Positions 1-7,363 of a stretch of DNA of 64,000 nt are shown piece by piece. The DNA is from an uncultured Gammaproteobacteria bacterium (GTDB lineage Bacteria > Patescibacteriota > Patescibacteriia > Veblenbacterales > UBA10138). Below the pieces are notes generated by a model. The model was not told the origin of the DNA, did not search any database, and saw nothing but the letters and a program-made list of their open reading frames with translations. Where the stretch lies: assembly GCA_964453605.1 (NCBI GenBank), contig CAYVOI010000001.1, positions 241,627 through 305,626 of the forward strand, written 5' to 3'. The position numbers and the translations under genes are program-made. How positions within the stretch are numbered: position 1 is the first letter of the stretch; each line of letters opens with the position of its first letter.

Positions 1-422
1 TACAGTCCGTTGAAACCAGTCTTGTTCAAGAAGATTAGATGAGCCGTTTTGCCGATAGAGCCATCTCTCAACGAGTTGTATTTGCTGCGCATCTCATAGT
101 AAAACTCGCTTTGCTCTTCGTCTGATTTTGCGTGATAAGCGTTTTGTATTTGTCGCAGAAGTTTTACCAATTCGTTTGTTCTATTCTGAACGTGTTTGTA
201 TGCAGCAATAAGCGTAGTGTTGATGTCATTCAAAACCGCTTCTTTTGGCTGTACATCAAAGAACACTGCGCCACCGCCCAGGAAGGGTTCAAAGTAACGA
301 TTGAACTTCAAAGGATAGAAATTACGAAGTTGCGGCAGGAGTTGTGTTTTACCCCCTACCCATTTCACGAATGGTTTTGCCGTCCTCTTCTTCAATTTTG
401 GTTTTGTGATGGTCATTGTCAT
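1..422 (-). CDS. DNA adenine methyltransferase, Dam/D12 family; N-terminal part only, the gene runs off the window start
   Basis: Minus-strand translation from ATG 422..420 gives MTMTITKPKLKKRTAKPFVKWVGGKTQLLPQLRNFYPLKFNRYFEPFLGGGAVFFDVQPKE... The KWVGGK and F-x-GGG motifs are typical of D12-class N6-adenine MTases. It is masked in the ORF track by the antisense ORF 132..608. Confidence 0.7.
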   Translation of the reverse strand, partial: MTMTITKPKLKKRTAKPFVKWVGGKTQLLPQLRNFYPLKFNRYFEPFLGGGAVFFDVQPKEAVLNDINTTLIAAYKHVQNRTNELVKLLRQIQNAYHAKSDEEQSEFYYEMRSKYNSLRDGSIGKTAHLIFLNKTGFNGL

Positions 423-436
423 AGTGTTGAAGCCAG

Positions 437-619
437 CTACTTTTTGGATTTCTCGTCATCTCTTCCTTGTTTGAGAAAATCCTTTATGTCCTGGTCGGTA
501 AAGCGCCATTTACCGAGTTTTGAACCTTTGAGCCAGCCTTTTGCCATATACCTGAATAGCGTTCGCTCTTTGACGCCAAGCACCTTCTCCAACTGTTTCA
601 ATGTGTAGGTTTTTAGCAT
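437..619 (-). CDS. Small HTH DNA-binding protein, excisionase/AlpA-like
   Basis: 60 aa: MLKTYTLKQLEKVLGVKERTLFRYMAKGWLKGSKLGKWRFTDQDIKDF. This is the typical phage excisionase helix-turn-helix pattern. It lies immediately upstream of the Dam gene on the same strand. Confidence 0.55.
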   Translation of the reverse strand: MLKTYTLKQLEKVLGVKERTLFRYMAKGWLKGSKLGKWRFTDQDIKDFLKQGRDDEKSKK

Positions 620-696
620 AAAACTTTTGACTTACTGGTGTCTTTATTCTACACTTGAATCAATGAGAAGGCAACTTTTGACAGGGTGCCTTATAA

Positions 697-1341
697 ATGA
701 AAATGACTATGAAAACCAAGCTGGACAATTTTACTGAACTTATCCGCGAAGGAATGCAGTATGCGGAACCAAACATAGAGGATGGAAGCTACCTAATTAA
801 AATCTATGAGGACACACTCTTTGTGAATGGATTTTCGAAGGAAGATATCGAACGGCTTTTGAATAAACTACGTGTCGATGGTCTCATCGCTTTAGTACAA
901 ATCTTCTACGCGCCAAACACTACACTTTCAAGCTATGATCCGCAGGCAAAAGTGAAAGGCAAGGCTGTTTCTGATGAAGTCTTCAATAAACCCGTATATT
1001 ACCTCCATATCAACAAAGAGAAATTGGAGCCAGTCAACTCTGATGAGCCACTTTCGTTTGACGAAGTAACTGGTGTCATTTACTTTCACGGCAAGAAGTG
1101 TGAACTACCACTAAAACAGGTTGAGTACTACGTTTTCAAAACCTTATATGCTAAACCGATTGGAACACGTGTGCCAGAAGATGACATCGAGGAAGAGATT
1201 GATTTACTAAATAGGGGTGATGAAAGTTCCTCCAGGGTTTACGATGCACGCAGGCGAATCAACAAACGCAGCAAAGAACAACTTGGAATTGAGCAACTTA
1301 TCGGATACCGAAACTCTACGTATTGGATAACCCAGTCATAG
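697..1341 (+). CDS. Hypothetical protein, mobile-element cargo
   Basis: 214-aa ORF in an AT-rich region, transcribed divergently from the HTH gene. Promoter-like TTGACT-N17-TACACT at about 627-655. Confidence 0.4.
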   Translation: MKMTMKTKLDNFTELIREGMQYAEPNIEDGSYLIKIYEDTLFVNGFSKEDIERLLNKLRVDGLIALVQIFYAPNTTLSSYDPQAKVKGKAVSDEVFNKPVYYLHINKEKLEPVNSDEPLSFDEVTGVIYFHGKKCELPLKQVEYYVFKTLYAKPIGTRVPEDDIEEEIDLLNRGDESSSRVYDARRRINKRSKEQLGIEQLIGYRNSTYWITQS

Positions 1342-1430
1342 GCAATTCTGACTCGGATTGAGTCAGTACGCTTCCATAGTCATAGGAATAGGCTTGAGAA
1401 AAGCCTGTTTTATTTTGGCTTTGAAAGTTT

Positions 1431-1682
1431 ATGACAATGACTGGATACAACACAGATGAGTTTCGCACTGCAGACCTTTCGCTGACTGCGGCTCTTTGCG
1501 TTTCTGGCTTTGTCGTTGAAGAGATGGAGAGGGTTAGTCCCAGTAGGTCGGTCTTCATCTTCCAGGACACTACCGAACTTCAAGAAGCTGTGAGCCGCTA
1601 TTGGCGAGCAGATTTGAGAGTTGAGCCTCAAGCGCTATTCAACCAACTCAAAGTCTTAAAAGCGCGAATCTACGAGCGATGA
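1431..1682 (+). CDS. Hypothetical protein
   Basis: 83-aa ORF in a run of co-oriented small genes. Confidence 0.3.
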   Translation: MTMTGYNTDEFRTADLSLTAALCVSGFVVEEMERVSPSRSVFIFQDTTELQEAVSRYWRADLRVEPQALFNQLKVLKARIYER

Positions 1683-1876
1683 TTTCTGACGCTTCACTAC
1701 AAGAGTTTAAGGAGATTTGGAAAGAAGAGATTGGTACTGAAATCTCCGATGAACAAGCAATGGAAGAAGCTACGCAGCTTTTGACGCTCTTTGATGCGAT
1801 TTACCGACCCATCAAGAAGCAATGGCTTAATGACGATGACTATGGAATCCACAAGCGACAATCTCAAGCGGTATAA
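1679..1876 (+). CDS. Hypothetical protein
   Basis: 65-aa acidic ORF; its start overlaps the previous stop (ATGA). Confidence 0.3.
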   Translation: MISDASLQEFKEIWKEEIGTEISDEQAMEEATQLLTLFDAIYRPIKKQWLNDDDYGIHKRQSQAV

Positions 1877-2741
1877 GCCTGAACCGCGAGAAGTCGGTTC
1901 AAAAGACGATTCCACAAAGGAACCGTTTATTCCTTTTGGTCGCTACCTCACAGAACACTACCGCGGTCACAAAATAACATATCGAGAGCTTGAGCTTTAC
2001 CTTTGGATGCGTCTACACGCCAATAAGTTTGGCATCGCTGACATAAGTACGGGCAAAATCCTCGACGACTTACATCATTTCAAAAGTGTTGATTACATCA
2101 CAAAGACTTTGAGGTCGTTGCGAAGGAAGAGGTACATCAGTTATCAGGATCGCAAAGGACACCGACGTTCGTTCGATGTCCGTTTTGATTACTGGCTTGG
2201 AGAAGGCGGCATAGTATGGACTCTTGGCAATGAAGGTAGGTACGAACTCCGAGGTGAAAATCTATCCTCAAACAGTACTGAAATGGATGTTACTCCGAGG
2301 TCAGATACTCAAACTCCGAAGTTGAACGGGCAAGAACAAGCTGAAAACAATGCTTTGCCCGCAGTAGTTGTCCGAGGTGATAAGAACGATAAGGAGATTG
2401 AGAAGGAGAATAGAGATTACTCGTCGTCGACGCCTTTAAGAGAAAAGAAGACTTGGAAAGAGATTCCAACGCTCGGTTTCAAGTGGAAGGACGATAACGA
2501 GAAGCGATGCTATGAAATTGCAATCGAAGTCGACGATGAGTATATGGATTACATCTTGAGTAGGCTTTACCACAAATACGGTGGCATCGAAGTCATAGAG
2601 GAAGGCTACAAGCGCTTCGAAGAAGGAATGCGAGCTGCCGACAATAATCTTGATGACATCGGAATCACCGCCGCCTTCTTCAATCACTTCCTTGAAGGAG
2701 CATTAAGCGATAACAGGCTCAAAATACTTGGGCGGTTTTGA
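1830..2741 (+). CDS. Hypothetical protein, possible winged-helix replication/regulatory protein; start uncertain
   Basis: About 300-aa ORF with several candidate ATG starts at 1794-1842. Basic/acidic mixed composition. Confidence 0.35.
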   Translation: MTMTMESTSDNLKRYKPEPREVGSKDDSTKEPFIPFGRYLTEHYRGHKITYRELELYLWMRLHANKFGIADISTGKILDDLHHFKSVDYITKTLRSLRRKRYISYQDRKGHRRSFDVRFDYWLGEGGIVWTLGNEGRYELRGENLSSNSTEMDVTPRSDTQTPKLNGQEQAENNALPAVVVRGDKNDKEIEKENRDYSSSTPLREKKTWKEIPTLGFKWKDDNEKRCYEIAIEVDDEYMDYILSRLYHKYGGIEVIEEGYKRFEEGMRAADNNLDDIGITAAFFNHFLEGALSDNRLKILGRF

Positions 2742-2787
2742 ATACTATGAAAATCCAATCAAACACAATTATGCACCTATACCCCCT

Positions 2788-2814
2788 TGTCAGGGTTTTA
2801 CAGGGTGCTATAAT
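2788..2814 (+). promoter_or_regulatory. Near-consensus sigma70-like promoter (TTGTCA-N15-TATAAT)
   Basis: TTGTCA at 2788-2793 and TATAAT at 2809-2814. An 8-bp inverted repeat GTCGTCCC..GGGACGAC follows at about 2955-2990. Confidence 0.3.
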
Positions 2815-2990
2815 TAAATTGCGTCCTACAAGTTTGAATATAAGCACAGGGTATTTGCCTTTTTTGGCTCCAGGTGAGCAAAGAGGGGCGACTATCCTCC
2901 GCATCTGGGGTGCCTTGTGCATTTCAGACTTGTGGGACGCAGGCTCTGGTCGTCCCTCTTTGTCGTTAGTGGGACGACGGGCATACATCT

Positions 2991-3449
2991 ATGACCCGCG
3001 ACCCCAACTCAAAAGAAGACACTCAAGTAGTGTTCTTCAAAAACAATCCTATCACTCCAAAGAAGAGCCAGTTCCTCCAAAGGATCGGATGGTTCTGGTA
3101 TTTGATTTCGGTTGTTGTTTTACTTCGACTCCTTCAAGTCACGGAGAACTTTTGGCTCACTCTTGCCGCCAGCATAGCGGTGGTGTTTGCGTTTCGATGG
3201 CGAAAAATCGTAGAGGAGATAGACGAGGACATAAAACGTCACGGAACCAGAAACGCACTGACCACGGTTATCAACATACTTTTCATAAAAATTGTTATTT
3301 ACGCAATCGGTCTCTCCTTCCTTTTCACGCTTGCTATGCCACTTGCCTGCAACATTCAAGACTCAATGGGTATCAAGTTCTTCTCGAATAGATTTTGCGA
3401 GAACAGCTTTACTAACCTTAAATATCAACTTTATGAAAACAGATATTAA
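2991..3449 (+). CDS. Hypothetical membrane protein
   Basis: 152-aa ORF with hydrophobic segments; overlaps the recombinase start by a few codons. Confidence 0.3.
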   Translation: MTRDPNSKEDTQVVFFKNNPITPKKSQFLQRIGWFWYLISVVVLLRLLQVTENFWLTLAASIAVVFAFRWRKIVEEIDEDIKRHGTRNALTTVINILFIKIVIYAIGLSFLFTLAMPLACNIQDSMGIKFFSNRFCENSFTNLKYQLYENRY

Positions 3450-5121
3450 AAACAACAAAATCAATTACATCTCCTACACCCGCAAAAGTACAGAGGGCGA
3501 GGATAGACAAACACTCTCGCTCGAAGACCAGAAGCGAGAGCTTGATGAGCTAATTAGCAAAGAGGGTCTGAAGGTCTCTGAAAGTTTTACTGGGAAAGTG
3601 AAAGGTGAAAGCCAGTCCGCACACAAGAGAGGGCGACCGATTTTCAATCACATAATGCAACAGATTGAGAGAGGAAAAGCGAACGGTCTGATTGTGTACC
3701 ACCCAAACCGTATTGCCCGTAATGCTTTCGATGGCGGTCTTGTCATCACGTTGATGGACGAAGGTAAGTTGCTCGAAATTAAAACTCCCACCAAAACATA
3801 CGTGAACAACCCAGACGACAAGTTTTGGTTACAGTTGGAGTTCGGTATGGCAAAGAAGTCATCTGATGATAACGGTGTCGCAGTGACCAGAGGCATTAAG
3901 ACAAAATTGATGGCTGGATGGTATCCTTCACGCGCTCCACTTGGTTACCTCAACACAAAGAATTACGAAGAGAAGGGTAAGAACTTCATTCTCAAAGATA
4001 CAGAGCGCTACGATTCGGTTCGTCGAATGTGGGACTTGATGCTTACGGGAAACTATACTCCTCCGCAGATTGTTCAAATTGCTAACAACGAGTGGAAGTT
4101 CAAAACACGTCCTACCAAACGTCACCCAGGACTCAAGCCACTTTCGCGCAGCAACATCTACAAAATCTTTACCAATCCGTTCTACTACGGTTACTTTGAA
4201 TACGGCAAGGAAGGTTCAAAGCAGTTATACAAAGGCAGTCACGAGCCTATGATTACAGAAAAGGAGTACGACATCGTACAGAAGTTACTCGGACGACTGG
4301 GCAGACCACGCGCCCAAAAACATCGCTTTGCTTTCACAGGATTGATGAGATGCGGTAACTGCGGCGCAATGATTACCGCCGAGGAAAAGGTAAAACATCA
4401 GAAGAATGGCAACATCCATCACTACGTGTATTATCGCTGCACAAAACAGAAGGATGAAAAATGCCCAGAGAAGGCAATCGAGTTGAAAGAATTGAGTTCG
4501 CAGATTGATGAAGCTATTGGAAAGTTCACTATATCCGAGCGCTTTAAGAATTGGGCAATCAAAGACTTGCACCAGATACGCCAAACTGAAGCCCAAACAC
4601 ACGAAGCTGCTCTCAAGAGCACTGAACGCGACCACTTGCGCATTACGCAGCAGTTACACAATCTTTTGCTCAAGCATTCTTCACCAGAGAATAGCGAAGG
4701 ACAGTTGATGTCGGATGCAGAATATCAGGATGTGCGCACGAGCTTGCTAAAGCAGAAATCTGCGCTTGAGTCACGAATCACTACTCAAAACAAGGAAATT
4801 GACGAGTGGGTTGCATTAAGCGAACGCACCTTCAATTTTGCCCGCTACGCACGAACTTGGTTTGCCCAGGGCGATATGAACACCAAGAGAGCGATATTCG
4901 CCTGCATAGGTTCGCACCTCATAGTCAAAGACCGAAAAATAGCAGTTACCCTTCGTCCAGTGTTCCAAACAATCTTTGAAGCATTGCCAAAAACACAACC
5001 TGCAATTTCCGAGATTAGAACCTCTCTTGAACTTGCACTTTCAGCTTCAAATAACGAAAAAGACGCCCTTTCGGGGCAGTCTATTTCTACTTGGCGGAGA
5101 GGATGGGATTCGAACCCATGA
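3433..5121 (+). CDS. Large serine recombinase (resolvase/integrase family)
   Basis: MKTDIKNNKINYISYTRKSTEGEDRQTLSLEDQKRELDEL... shows an N-terminal serine-recombinase catalytic domain (Y-x-R-x-S-T, IVYHPNRIARN). A recombinase domain follows, then Cys clusters (CGNCGAM...YYRC) and a coiled-coil C-terminus. Its 3' end overlaps the 3' end of tRNA-Ser(GCT). Confidence 0.85.
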   Translation: MKTDIKNNKINYISYTRKSTEGEDRQTLSLEDQKRELDELISKEGLKVSESFTGKVKGESQSAHKRGRPIFNHIMQQIERGKANGLIVYHPNRIARNAFDGGLVITLMDEGKLLEIKTPTKTYVNNPDDKFWLQLEFGMAKKSSDDNGVAVTRGIKTKLMAGWYPSRAPLGYLNTKNYEEKGKNFILKDTERYDSVRRMWDLMLTGNYTPPQIVQIANNEWKFKTRPTKRHPGLKPLSRSNIYKIFTNPFYYGYFEYGKEGSKQLYKGSHEPMITEKEYDIVQKLLGRLGRPRAQKHRFAFTGLMRCGNCGAMITAEEKVKHQKNGNIHHYVYYRCTKQKDEKCPEKAIELKELSSQIDEAIGKFTISERFKNWAIKDLHQIRQTEAQTHEAALKSTERDHLRITQQLHNLLLKHSSPENSEGQLMSDAEYQDVRTSLLKQKSALESRITTQNKEIDEWVALSERTFNFARYARTWFAQGDMNTKRAIFACIGSHLIVKDRKIAVTLRPVFQTIFEALPKTQPAISEIRTSLELALSASNNEKDALSGQSISTWRRGWDSNP

Positions 5122-5183
5122 GGCGCTGTTTAGGCGCCACGGTTTAGCAAACCGTTGCCTTAAGCCACTCGGCCACCTCTCCC
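5092..5183 (-). tRNA. tRNA-Ser (anticodon GCT)
   Basis: Minus-strand sequence GGAGAGGTGGCCGAGTGGCTTAAGGCAACGGTTTGCTAAACCGTGGCGCCTAAACAGCGCCTCATGGGTTCGAATCCCATCCTCTCCGCCA. Perfect 7-bp acceptor stem, long variable arm, GTTCGAATC T-loop, encoded CCA. Confidence 0.85.
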
Positions 5184-5189
5184 TATGCT

Positions 5190-5582
5190 TTAAAGATTTT
5201 CTGACAGAAATTTTTTCAGAGCTCCCAGATCTTTTTTCTCTGGGTCGTAATAGTACGATGTGATACCAAGTAATTGAGCACTTTTTACCGCATTTGGGTT
5301 ATGTTCAAAGTAGATGACTTCGTCTTTGTTTAAATCATACCGCTGTAACAATATTTCAAAGTATTTAGGGTCAGTTTTTTCCGGGTCGTGTTTTAAGGTG
5401 AACACCTCGTAGGGCATTTTATCCAGGCCGAATTTCTTGAATTCTTCATCATTTGCACCTGTCAAAATTATTTTTTTGTTCGGAAGAGTTTCGAGTAAAC
5501 TATGCATTGCTTCAAATATTTCAAAACCTTCATTTACCCTAACTACGAATCCGTCAATGGCATCAACTAAAATAGTTTTCAT
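5190..5582 (-). CDS. Short HAD-like hydrolase-domain protein
   Basis: 130 aa; MKTILVDAIDGFVV resembles HAD motif I. AT-rich, wedged between two tRNA-Ser genes. Confidence 0.4.
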   Translation of the reverse strand: MKTILVDAIDGFVVRVNEGFEIFEAMHSLLETLPNKKIILTGANDEEFKKFGLDKMPYEVFTLKHDPEKTDPKYFEILLQRYDLNKDEVIYFEHNPNAVKSAQLLGITSYYYDPEKKDLGALKKFLSENL

Positions 5583-5608
5583 ATAGTTACCTTATAGGCG
5601 GGGGCTAG

Positions 5609-5700
5609 TGGCGGAGGGCACAGGATTCGAACCTGTGTGAGGCTCTCGCCCCAACTGGTTTTCAAGACCAGCGCCTTAAGCCACTCAGCGACCTCTCCAC
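5609..5700 (-). tRNA. tRNA-Ser-like (anticodon TGA) with a mismatched acceptor stem; possible pseudo-tRNA
   Basis: Minus strand GGAGAGGTCGCTGAGTGGCTTAAGGCGCTGGTCTTGAAAACCAGTTGGGGCGAGAGCCTCACACAGGTTCGAATCCTGTGCCCTCCGCCA. The D-arm is nearly identical to tRNA-Ser(GCT), but the acceptor 5' GGAGAGG versus 3' GCCCTCC gives two mismatches. Confidence 0.55.
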
Positions 5701-5701
5701 G

Positions 5702-6016
5702 TTAATTCAATTTACTGTACAGCTTTTTAAATTTGTCTTTTTTATAGCATACCAGGAACCTGTCTTTGTACCTGAGCCCCTGCGCCGTAGCGCCGAGGCA
5801 GAACCCTAGCACTATGGGGTTGTAGATATGACTCAGTACAAGTGTAACACCGAGTGCTAGTGCCCATATCCAGTGGTGCAGGTGAATGTAGTATGCGCCG
5901 AAGCTTAGGCGTAGCGATTGGTGTATGTTGTCTCCCGCGACTTTGCCAGCCGTGAGGCTGAACAACAGGTAGGTAGCAAGCGCGGCGAGCGCAATAGGTA
6001 GGGCAGAGTGCAGCAT
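5702..6016 (-). CDS. Small hydrophobic membrane protein
   Basis: 104 aa with 3 predicted TM-like hydrophobic stretches. Alternative ORF 5742..6059 is arginine-rich and less plausible. Confidence 0.4.
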   Translation of the reverse strand: MLHSALPIALAALATYLLFSLTAGKVAGDNIHQSLRLSFGAYYIHLHHWIWALALGVTLVLSHIYNPIVLGFCLGATAQGLRYKDRFLVCYKKDKFKKLYSKLN

Positions 6017-6043
6017 GGGGTTTATGGTGGCGGAGGGGGGTGG

Positions 6044-6073
6044 CCCTGAAGTAGAGCATAGCTCACTTCAGGG
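6044..6073 (+). repeat. Conserved hairpin repeat CCCTGAAGT-N12-ACTTCAGGG, copy 1
   Basis: Perfect 9-bp inverted repeat. The same stem recurs at 12085..12114 and, with one mismatch, at 43816..43847. Confidence 0.5.
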
Positions 6074-6126
6074 TAAAATTCGAACCTTACTGCGGTGTAA
6101 TAGTTTTTCGCGACCCCGTACGAGAG

Positions 6127-6213
6127 CGGTGGGGGCGAGATTCGAACTCGCGGTCCGTTTGAGCGGACTCCGGTTTTCAAGACCGGTGCACTAAACCACT
6201 ATGCGACCCCACC
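6127..6213 (-). tRNA. tRNA-Ser (anticodon TGA), class II
   Basis: Minus strand GGTGGGGTCGCATAGTGGTTTAGTGCACCGGTCTTGAAAACCGGAGTCCGCTCAAACGGACCGCGAGTTCGAATCTCGCCCCCACCG. Perfect acceptor stem, 3-bp D-stem, long variable arm, G73 discriminator. Confidence 0.7.
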
Positions 6214-6396
6214 GCTCTTCTACGGGGCAAGCTGTCCGATTAAACCACTCTCGCACCCCTCCCTAGCCAAAAAATTGCTACCCCAGTATAGCCACCAAGG
6301 TCAGGAGTGTCAACGTTACCACTTAGGCATTTATTGACGGTAAACAGAAGATGCTTTACCCTTCATACTACAAAGCCAATACAAAAGGAGTCCGCC

Positions 6397-6585
6397 ATGG
6401 AACAGTCAGCAACATCGACATCCGATAAAGACTGTACCTGTCCAAAGAACTGCGATTGCCAAAATCCGCCGCCGTTTCACTGGGATGGGCAGGATGGTAT
6501 TTATCACATCAGTAATATGTGTCCTATACATAACGAAAACCCCCTCGCGAGTGAGGATTGTCCTGTACATAACAATAACCTCTAA
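6397..6585 (+). CDS. Cysteine/histidine-rich small protein, metallothionein-like
   Basis: 62 aa MEQSATSTSDKDCTCPKNCDCQNPPPFHWDGQDGIYHISNMCPIHNENPLASEDCPVHNNNL. Contains a CxCxxxCxC motif. SD AAAAGGAG lies 7 nt upstream of the ATG. Confidence 0.5.
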   Translation: MEQSATSTSDKDCTCPKNCDCQNPPPFHWDGQDGIYHISNMCPIHNENPLASEDCPVHNNNL

Positions 6586-6640
6586 GAGGGTGATTGCTTT
6601 GAGCCATAACCACCTGGTTCCCCGGGTGGTTTTTCATTTT

Positions 6641-7354
6641 CTACCCCTTAGCTACCGTGAGACCCCAGACTTCATGCGCTCCCGCGGCTTTGAGCGCCCG
6701 GGCACAGGCTTCGAGCGTGGCGCCTGAGGTGTAGACATCGTCTACCACCACAAACGTTTTCCCGTTTACGTTTGCTCCGGGCACTACCGTAAACGCTTCG
6801 CGTACATTTTCGGCACGCTCCTCATTAGTCAATTTATTTTGTGGTTTAGTGTGACGCACCCGCTCAAGTACTCGGACTAGTGGAAGTTTAGCCTGCTCAT
6901 GCACAAAGTGAGCTAAGAGTTCAGCTTGGTTAAAGTTTCGCTGCCGGAGCTTGCGCGCCGTAAGTGGTACGGGCACGAGCTGCCACTCGCTCCGTGGGGT
7001 GCCGTGCCAGGCTGGGGGCAGGTCAAAGGCCTTAAGCGTAGCAGTTAGAATATTGCCTAAGGGGACCGTAAGTTCTTTCAGGCCGTCGTACTTTAGGTTG
7101 TGTATCAGCTCTCGTACCAATGGGTTACCGTAGTACTGGGCTACCCACACGCCGTGTAGGGCTTTGTCAGCCCTGCACTCAGCGCAAAATGCGCCAAGCT
7201 CGCTGGGCTCGCCACAGCTGGGGCAGGTGAGCTGGCGGGGGAAGTGGAGGCTGGCTAGGCAGGCAGTGCAGCAGTAACTACCATAGCGGCCGCAACCCAA
7301 ACAGCGGCGGGGGAACAGCGCGTCTACGAGCCAGTTCCACCAGCCGGTCAGCAT
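6641..7354 (-). CDS. comF: ComF-family competence protein (phosphoribosyltransferase domain)
   Basis: N-terminal double CxxC zinc finger and C-terminal PRTase motif VVVDDVYTSGATL. Confidence 0.8.
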   Translation of the reverse strand: MLTGWWNWLVDALFPRRCLGCGRYGSYCCTACLASLHFPRQLTCPSCGEPSELGAFCAECRADKALHGVWVAQYYGNPLVRELIHNLKYDGLKELTVPLGNILTATLKAFDLPPAWHGTPRSEWQLVPVPLTARKLRQRNFNQAELLAHFVHEQAKLPLVRVLERVRHTKPQNKLTNEERAENVREAFTVVPGANVNGKTFVVVDDVYTSGATLEACARALKAAGAHEVWGLTVAKG

Positions 7355-7363
7355 ACCTCACCC

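Noticed and set aside
132-608. 158-aa plus-strand ORF at the window start
   Set aside because: It is antisense to the Dam-family MTase N-terminus and the HTH gene. It has no motifs and an odd composition, and the real gene is on the minus strand.
2738-3391. 217-aa plus-strand ORF
   Set aside because: It overlaps a promoter/hairpin region and the better-supported membrane ORF, and its composition is Ser/Arg-rich and atypical.
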